32,000 nt of DNA, from positions 7,240 through 39,239 of the forward strand of contig APJZ01000007.1 of NCBI GenBank assembly GCA_000387965.1. The letters are read 5' to 3'. The notes under the pieces are model-generated. The model was not told the DNA's origin and did not search any database. It was given only the letters and a program-made list of their open reading frames with translations. Below, piece by piece: positions 26,025 through 32,000 of the stretch. This DNA is from Candidatus Nanobsidianus stetteri. Lineage in GTDB: Archaea; Nanobdellota; Nanobdellia; Nanobdellales; Nanobdellaceae. Each line of letters starts with the position of its first letter. The first letter of the stretch is position 1. The position numbers and the translations under genes were made by a program.

Positions 26025-27524
26025 ATGAAAAGATATCAATTAAATTTACTTTCAGTAGCAATAATATTGGTAATTATATCTTTAGCTTTTATAATATATT
26101 ATCAATATTCTATGAATGTTAAAGAACAACAAGAAAATTTAATATTTGAAAATTTTATTAATAACTTACAAAATTTAGAAAATACAATAAATAGTATTCA
26201 AGGTACATATTATATAAAAGTCAATATACCAAATGGAATTATATTATATGCAAATGGCCCAAAATTAATAATACAATATAATAATAATAATTATACAATT
26301 GATTTTCAAAACAAGACAGTAGTTTTATATAATAATAATCAAAATGTGAACTTTTTATATCCAAATAATCATATATATATTGTTAGTACAAATAATACTA
26401 TTTTTGTTACAACAAATCTTCAAAATTCAATTACAATATTAAATGAATATCTATCAAATGGAAATCTTGTATATATAAATCCTGAAAACATAAATAACAA
26501 TAATGAAGGAAATAATCAAGGAAATAACAATAATAATATTAACCAAAATGTTCAATGCTTATTTCAATATAATGGACAAGCAAACTTTTTCTGGGGTGAT
26601 GTAAATGGAAATAATTATTTACCTCCAATAGGAGATCAGGGAGAATGTGGAGATTGTTGGGCTTTTGCATCTGCAAATGGAATTGCTTCAATATATATGA
26701 TAAGAAATAATCAACCAAATGATGGATTACAATTATCCCCAGCATATTTAGCAATAGAGTGCAATAATGGATATCCAAACACTCCAAATTATTGTAATTC
26801 CAATGAAGGTTGTACTGGTGGTGTTGTATATCCTGCTCTATTATTTACATCTCAATATGGAATTCCACCTGATCAAGGATGGAACTATTATAATTCTACT
26901 TTAGCTAACTGTTTAGAAAATAATAATCAAAATTATCCTGGTGATGTATGTAATTACAATTATAATGGACCTAACTCTCCATTATATTATTCGCAAGGTG
27001 TTATATTTCTTACACAAAATGGACCTTTAACAGATCAACAAGTAATTCAAGATTTATTATGTTATGGACCATTAGTAGCTGCCGGATTTCTAGGAGGTAG
27101 TGGTGGATCAAATCCAAATATAAATCCTCAACAACCAATACTTAATACAGGACATGCTATGTTATTAGTTGGTTATACCACTAGCAATACTATATATTCC
27201 CAACTATGTCAAGAAGTATATGAAACCCCTAATTGTTGGATATTTGAGAATCAATGGGGAGATAATTCAGCTTGTATAGTTCTTACTACAAGCGGAGTAC
27301 CAGTACCTGGACCAAACAACCCTAATCAGTGTGGTGAATTATATCAAAATTATCAGGATTGTAATAATTATCTACAATTGGTTCTTAAAGTACCCGGAGT
27401 ATCATGTGGAGGTGTGTATTGGATGCAAGATGGATATTTGCTTGTACCATTCGATCAATCCTCATATGGCCAAACATTTCCATACTATATAGTTGCAATT
27501 CAAAATGTCACTCTCGCACAATAA
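26025..27524 (+). CDS. Papain-family (C1) cysteine peptidase with N-terminal hydrophobic helix, pilin-like module and Asn-rich linker
   Basis: 499 aa. Catalytic motifs are GDQGECGDCWAFASANG (Gln plus Cys211, codon at 26655-26657), GCTGGVVYPALLFTSQYGIP, NTGHAMLLVGY (His377, 27153-27155) and CWIFENQWGDN (Asn409). N-terminus MKRYQLNLLSVAIILVIISLAFII. Linker NINNNNEGNNQGNNNNNINQN is at 26487-26549. There are 15 Cys. Confidence 0.85.
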   Translation: MKRYQLNLLSVAIILVIISLAFIIYYQYSMNVKEQQENLIFENFINNLQNLENTINSIQGTYYIKVNIPNGIILYANGPKLIIQYNNNNYTIDFQNKTVVLYNNNQNVNFLYPNNHIYIVSTNNTIFVTTNLQNSITILNEYLSNGNLVYINPENINNNNEGNNQGNNNNNINQNVQCLFQYNGQANFFWGDVNGNNYLPPIGDQGECGDCWAFASANGIASIYMIRNNQPNDGLQLSPAYLAIECNNGYPNTPNYCNSNEGCTGGVVYPALLFTSQYGIPPDQGWNYYNSTLANCLENNNQNYPGDVCNYNYNGPNSPLYYSQGVIFLTQNGPLTDQQVIQDLLCYGPLVAAGFLGGSGGSNPNINPQQPILNTGHAMLLVGYTTSNTIYSQLCQEVYETPNCWIFENQWGDNSACIVLTTSGVPVPGPNNPNQCGELYQNYQDCNNYLQLVLKVPGVSCGGVYWMQDGYLLVPFDQSSYGQTFPYYIVAIQNVTLAQ

Positions 27525-28332
27525 ATATTTAATAGCATTATCTATTCTCTTTTTCATAATTTTATCTTACAATATATATTCTATGAGGAATCCATTTGCA
27601 GTTTATTGCGAATATGGTGGAGGAACATATTATATAAATAGTACAGGATCTTATTGTATTGTAAATGGTACATATTTTAATGCTCTACAATATTATGAGA
27701 ATAATGTGCCTCCCCAATATTCTTTCTGTGCCCATTATGGATTAATATATGTAAATAACAGTTATTGTGAATATCCAAATGGAACATTAGTTAGTCCATA
27801 TACATTAATCCCTCCATCAACATATCAAGACCTAATTTTACCTACACCACCTATATTATGTAATAGTTTATTAAATTGTTCAAATACTCCTTGGTATTAT
27901 CAACCATGTTCAAATCAAATCTATCCATGCTTTAATCCTCCATATATACCCCAATCTTACTTAACAGGTAATACTTCTTATCAAACTCTTTTATCTACAT
28001 ATCAACAAGAATATCAATGTGGGTATTGTCCAGAAAACTTATCATTTGAAGGAGATTGGTTTAGATGTCCATATAATTATTCATTAAATCAGTTATATCA
28101 AGAATTTCTAAAACAATGTCCACCACCAAATATTGTTTATATATCATGTACAGGAGTATTTGAATGCGTAAATCAGACTGAAATAAATTTAACAAATAAT
28201 ACACAGCAATTAATTTATCCACAACCAAATATAAGTAATAAAAGTAATAATGTTAATTTAATTTTACCAATAGCAATAGTAATAGTAATAATTATAATAG
28301 GCCTAGTTATTCTTTTATATTATCTAAAATGA
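27505..28332 (+). CDS. Cys-rich protein with DUF333-like ('putative hemolysin') module, N-terminal helix and C-terminal TM anchor
   Basis: The ORF track starts at a TTG (27493); the ATG at 27505 (MSLSHNKYLIALSILFFIILSY...) is preferred. NPFAVYCEYGGGTYYINSTGSYCIVNGTYFNALQYY matches the DUF333 pattern NP[AS]..YC...GG.........G..C....G.....W/Y..Y. A second, weaker repeat is FCAHYGLIYVNNSYCEYPNGT. There are 14 Cys. The C-terminus is NVNLILPIAIVIVIIIIGLVILLYYLK*. Confidence 0.6.
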   Translation: MSLSHNKYLIALSILFFIILSYNIYSMRNPFAVYCEYGGGTYYINSTGSYCIVNGTYFNALQYYENNVPPQYSFCAHYGLIYVNNSYCEYPNGTLVSPYTLIPPSTYQDLILPTPPILCNSLLNCSNTPWYYQPCSNQIYPCFNPPYIPQSYLTGNTSYQTLLSTYQQEYQCGYCPENLSFEGDWFRCPYNYSLNQLYQEFLKQCPPPNIVYISCTGVFECVNQTEINLTNNTQQLIYPQPNISNKSNNVNLILPIAIVIVIIIIGLVILLYYLK

Positions 28333-29942
28333 AAAATCAGATAAATACATTAGCATTTGTTATTATTATTTCAATAATAATTTTATTAATTGTTTTAGTT
28401 TATCTTTTATCAACTAGTTCTAGTTCTAAAATAACACAAACATATAATGTAGAAAACCAATATACATTAACAATTCAAAATAGCGTTGATTTATTACCTT
28501 ATATTTATGATAATAAAGTTAATTTATCCTATGCATTTTTATTATCATATTTTTCATCTTCTGGAAATGATACATATTGTATAAATCAAAATACATGTAC
28601 AAACATATCGGAAGATTTAATAAATTACTTTGACAGTATATATGGAAATAGATGGAATTTAACTATATATTTTATCCCACCAGTAACTGGATGGGTTGTT
28701 CAGATGTTTATAATAGGTGGTAATATTGGAAATTGGGATCCGTGTTCAATGAATCCTCCCCCAGATCCCAATGGTACGCAATGGTATGAATGGAATTACA
28801 CATATTTCTTTGTAGATAATTATACAGAAAATATTAATCTACCGAATGTATACAATCCAATTACTAATACGCCAATAAGTCAAACCTTATATGGAGCAGG
28901 ATGGGTAAATGCAACAGCACCTTTTCATCAGTCTAATTCAATAAGTTCTTGGGGATTACCAACATTATATAATAACCTGGATCAATCTCAGGCAATACAA
29001 ACAGGTTTCTGTACACCATTAACAAAAATATTTCCAAATTATAATTTTACAGAAGCTTCTGTATATTGCCCTCAAGGTAAATGGAATCTATTTCCAAATT
29101 TTGGAACTTCGCCAACTTCTTCATTACCACAATTTTTCTCTGGTTGGATAGGAATTGGAACTCCAGTAGCAGGCTCTCAATATTTAACAGATGTTGGTTA
29201 CTATTATTATGGACCTCCAACATATAAAACAGCTACTGATATAAATAGATTAGCAGAATTTATAATCCCACAACAATATTTAGATAAAATATGCCAAGAA
29301 GAATTTGGTACTCAGCAATGCGGGAGTCAAGAATTGATTGTTGGGTCATTTTATAGAGGTGTAGTAAATATACCACCAAATTGTCAGCAAGTATTTATAG
29401 ATTATCCCTGGCATGAAGTAATAAGATTATATATTTCATTTTTGAATAAGAGCGGAGAACCAGATTATGTATTTTTAGCGGCAGATCCTCTATGTGAATA
29501 TAATTTAAATGGAAAATTAATAGATTGTCCAACTGGTGTATTTGATAATATACAAAATGTAAATGGAATTATTGTTGGAAAAGACTGTCCTCTAGTTTAT
29601 TTAATGGATCAAAATTCATATGCCGAAGGATTGTATAGATTTAATATTACTAAATGGGTAATAGATGATAGAGATTCAAATACAAATCAATTTATAATTT
29701 CTGCAGTATATTATGATCCTCATAATGGAGGAAATGGAGTTGCAATGGCAAGAGTATATTGTATTACAAATACTGGAAATAAAGAAGAATTAAACGCATA
29801 TATTTATCAAGGTAATGAAGAAAGTATAAATCTAGGATATCCAATACCTCCGAATACAAATATATATGTTTATTATATATATTTACCAGTAGATGTATCA
29901 TTCTTGGGCGGATATTTAGTTGCTAAATTAACAGTATGGTAA
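28329..29942 (+). CDS. Large extracellular protein, N-terminally anchored, no recognisable domain
   Basis: 537 aa, MKNQINTLAFVIIISIIILLIVLVYLLSTSSSS..., with ATGA overlap. It has 12 Cys, many sequons, and is rich in W/Y/N/P/G. Confidence 0.7.
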   Translation: MKNQINTLAFVIIISIIILLIVLVYLLSTSSSSKITQTYNVENQYTLTIQNSVDLLPYIYDNKVNLSYAFLLSYFSSSGNDTYCINQNTCTNISEDLINYFDSIYGNRWNLTIYFIPPVTGWVVQMFIIGGNIGNWDPCSMNPPPDPNGTQWYEWNYTYFFVDNYTENINLPNVYNPITNTPISQTLYGAGWVNATAPFHQSNSISSWGLPTLYNNLDQSQAIQTGFCTPLTKIFPNYNFTEASVYCPQGKWNLFPNFGTSPTSSLPQFFSGWIGIGTPVAGSQYLTDVGYYYYGPPTYKTATDINRLAEFIIPQQYLDKICQEEFGTQQCGSQELIVGSFYRGVVNIPPNCQQVFIDYPWHEVIRLYISFLNKSGEPDYVFLAADPLCEYNLNGKLIDCPTGVFDNIQNVNGIIVGKDCPLVYLMDQNSYAEGLYRFNITKWVIDDRDSNTNQFIISAVYYDPHNGGNGVAMARVYCITNTGNKEELNAYIYQGNEESINLGYPIPPNTNIYVYYIYLPVDVSFLGGYLVAKLTVW

Positions 29943-31144
29943 AAAAAGAAGATAAGATTTTATTTCTTATATATTTAATTTTGTTTTTACTTTTTATTTA
30001 TATTAGCAACTTTAATATTAATATAATTATCTTTGGTACAATATATTTATTCTTATTGTCCTTTATATTAAAAAATTCGAAGAATACATCTTTAATATAC
30101 AAATTAACATTTTTATATATACCAATTGGGATTTTTGGAATTTATACCAATCTACCTTTACCATTTCCATTTCCGTCAATATTTACTTATGTAGTAAATT
30201 ATTGGATATTTTATTTTATAGCATTTTCTTTAGGATATTATCTATTTGAAAACAACTTTTATATTTCAAAAAAATCTCTAATATTCTATATAATTTCTAT
30301 AATTTTATATATAATATTATTTTTCTTTGAATTAATATATAATTCTGTAACTACAGATTTAGATGTATCAGTGGGAAATATAATAATTTTATTTCTTATC
30401 TTTGTCTCTCTATATCTATATATTTTCAAAATAATATATTCATCTCTATTTATAATATTTGCCATATTCTTATTTCTAGTTGCATATTTTAATAGCAATG
30501 AAATATTAATAGTAAAAACAAAAATATATGAAAAGATATCAAAAATATATAAATACAAAAAGTATATATTTCTGTTAATATTTCTTATAATAATATTACA
30601 GATTATCATTGCTATAAACAAATTATTATTGTATAATGGTTTAATTATAGAAAGTTCAACTGGAAAATATATTATCTACGAATATGAATCTCTAATATTT
30701 TTATCTATATACGAATTTATAATTTACTTTTTAGTTTATAGAAATTTAAGATATAATAATTATACAAGTTATTTCTTACTTTTTACTATGGTTTTAATAA
30801 TATTTTTTGGAGAACTATATTTATCAAATGTAGATTTTACTTCTGCAGCTTTACATACTAGATATCTAATAGCTATGCTATTTTTCTTTATGGGTATACA
30901 CCATAAAATATATAAAAATAGTAAAAGAGTAATTACAAAAGCTCTAGGTATTTCTATTGGTATTTTAATCTTGTTACAAAATATAACTGGAGAATTCCTT
31001 GAATCAGTATTGTTTGGAGGACCAAGTAGTATACATTTAGTATCTATACCAAATATATTAATAGCACTCGGAATTATACATGGATTAGTAACGCCAATTC
31101 TTATATTAACATTTATATATTTACATATTAAATTAAAAATATGA
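29936..31144 (+). CDS. Hypothetical polytopic membrane protein (about 10 or more hydrophobic segments), Cys-free
   Basis: 402 aa, overlapping the upstream gene by 7 nt (ATGGTAA). Extremely I/L/F/Y-rich. No Cys and no GxGD motif. Two pairs of His spaced 15 residues apart lie in the C-terminal third. Confidence 0.7.
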   Translation: MVKKEDKILFLIYLILFLLFIYISNFNINIIIFGTIYLFLLSFILKNSKNTSLIYKLTFLYIPIGIFGIYTNLPLPFPFPSIFTYVVNYWIFYFIAFSLGYYLFENNFYISKKSLIFYIISIILYIILFFFELIYNSVTTDLDVSVGNIIILFLIFVSLYLYIFKIIYSSLFIIFAIFLFLVAYFNSNEILIVKTKIYEKISKIYKYKKYIFLLIFLIIILQIIIAINKLLLYNGLIIESSTGKYIIYEYESLIFLSIYEFIIYFLVYRNLRYNNYTSYFLLFTMVLIIFFGELYLSNVDFTSAALHTRYLIAMLFFFMGIHHKIYKNSKRVITKALGISIGILILLQNITGEFLESVLFGGPSSIHLVSIPNILIALGIIHGLVTPILILTFIYLHIKLKI

Positions 31145-31731
31145 GAAATCAAACAGAAATTATTTATGTAGTTTTATTTCTAACAATTGCTATATTAATA
31201 ATCCTTCTATCTTTCTATGCATTGACATATAATTATAATCAAAATATTGTTTTTAATAGATTCACTTCTTTATCTACACTATCAAACTATTTTTTGGGAT
31301 ATTTACAAACATTATTAACACAGGAAAGTTATGCAGAATCATATTTAGCTGGAACAAATGGATGGGGAAAAGAAAATTGGGCTTCTTATCCTTACGGATG
31401 TATATTACCTCAATCATGTCAAAATGCAATTCAATATTATAATAACTTGCTAACTTCTGGATATCAAACTTTATTAACTTTTGGAGAACAATATTTAACT
31501 GCATATCAATATTATTATCCTTATAATGTATCTTTCAATTTTTCAAATAATTATCAGGCAGGAATCTTCGGAGATTGTAATAATATAATTTCCGGAGAAT
31601 ATAATTATAATTTTCCTGTCTATGTTCAAGGATTATATATAAATATTACTGGACCTTCTTCAGGTTCAATAATTCCATATGCAAGTACATCAAATATAAC
31701 AAACAATCCCGCATTCTATTTATTTAACTAA
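31141..31731 (+). CDS. N-terminally anchored extracellular protein, hypothetical
   Basis: 196 aa, MRNQTEIIYVVLFLTIAILIILLSFYALTY..., with ATGA overlap. Y/N/Q-rich with 3 Cys. Confidence 0.65.
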   Translation: MRNQTEIIYVVLFLTIAILIILLSFYALTYNYNQNIVFNRFTSLSTLSNYFLGYLQTLLTQESYAESYLAGTNGWGKENWASYPYGCILPQSCQNAIQYYNNLLTSGYQTLLTFGEQYLTAYQYYYPYNVSFNFSNNYQAGIFGDCNNIISGEYNYNFPVYVQGLYINITGPSSGSIIPYASTSNITNNPAFYLFN

Positions 31732-32000
31732 TCAATCATCAATAATTGGAATAGCGGTTGCAACAAATGTAATAAGTTTATATGTTGGACAAGAATATAA
31801 ATATTCTGTCTTAATAAAAAATCTAGTACCAGCAGATATTCAATGTTCTTTAGTACCAACTCCATCAACTACAAACGATAAAGCAATTGTTACAAATTAT
31901 AGTATAAATGGAATAGTTAGCAATGAATTTACTATAGGTCCTTATGGATCTGCAGAATTAGATATAAATATTTTAGGATCTTCCAGTGGTGTAAGTAGTT
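31730..32000 (+). CDS. Further open reading frame of the operon with no canonical start codon; continues past the window end
   Basis: Hand translation in the +1 frame relative to the upstream gene is open from 31700 to 32000 (about 100 codons without a stop in very AT-rich DNA). It reads ..YLTNQSSIIGIAVATNVISLYVGQEYKYSVLIKNLVPADIQCSLVPTPSTTNDKAIVTNYSINGIVSNEFTIGPYGSAELDINILGSSSGVSS. There is no in-frame ATG, GTG or TTG anywhere in it, so the start coordinate is uncertain. Confidence 0.45.

Noticed and set aside
27493-27504. TTG start for the DUF333-like protein
   Set aside because: An ATG four codons downstream (27505) gives a basic+hydrophobic N-terminus like the other operon members. The TTG start only lengthens the overlap with the protease gene.
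29936-31144. 402-aa polytopic protein as archaeosortase/exosortase or as the prepilin peptidase of the operon
   Set aside because: It contains no cysteine, which archaeosortases need as the catalytic residue. It also has no GxGD-type aspartyl motif and is larger than FlaK/PibD enzymes.
867-31504. Other short antisense ORFs in the track (867-1187, 3298-3570, 5079-5333, 7018-7203, 7437-7640, 8817-9041, 10398-10655, 10865-11062, 11490-11735, 12164-12436, 25771-25983, 26539-26787, 30286-30621, 30769-31152, 31274-31504)
   Set aside because: Each is nested opposite a longer ORF with better support (conserved motifs or operon coupling). Their products are low-complexity I/L/F/Y/K strings, as expected from antisense reading of AT-rich genes.
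1-32000. CRISPR arrays, rRNA genes, transposases/IS elements, inteins or recoded stop codons in conserved genes
   Set aside because: None were seen. There are no regularly spaced direct repeats, no rRNA-like GC-rich blocks and no transposase motifs. All conserved proteins read through at full length with the standard code.

Overview
Archaeal chromosomal window. It is very AT-rich (about three quarters A+T by eye, not computed) and gene-dense, with short spacers and many overlapping start/stop codons. About two thirds is conserved information-processing core. This includes tRNA-Lys(UUU), an FKBP-type PPIase, ftsZ, an inverted secE-spt5 pair, L11/L1/P0, a XerA-type recombinase, and cytochrome bd oxidase cydAB. 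It also includes pyruvoyl arginine decarboxylase, S7 and S12 (separated by an inserted membrane-protein gene), L30e, and the RNA polymerase block rpoH-B''-B'-A'-A'' with split B and A subunits. The gene set, compactness and composition fit a small-genome DPANN/Nanoarchaeota-like lineage, but the window alone cannot establish that. The most interesting region is 21.6-32.0 kb, a plus-strand, translationally coupled operon with no recognisable housekeeping genes. It encodes a Cys-rich protein with a class-III-like signal peptide, a 656-aa FlaJ/TadC/PilC-like (T2SSF-type) platform protein, and four small paralogous pilin-like proteins. These are followed by a papain-family (C1) cysteine protease fused to a pilin-like N-terminal module, a DUF333 ('hemolysin-like') Cys-rich protein, further N-terminally anchored proteins and a Cys-free polytopic membrane protein. 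I read this as a candidate undescribed type-IV-pilus-derived surface or host-contact apparatus carrying an enzymatic payload. Secondary items are a good C/D box sRNA candidate next to a GC-rich hairpin at 6.87-6.98 kb, and a tandem pair of nucleotidyltransferase-like paralogues. In that pair one copy has lost the putative catalytic motifs, yet both share a near-identical 117-nt 3' tract. Several departures from conserved archaeal gene order are also noted. All family assignments come from motif recognition by eye and need HMM or structure confirmation.
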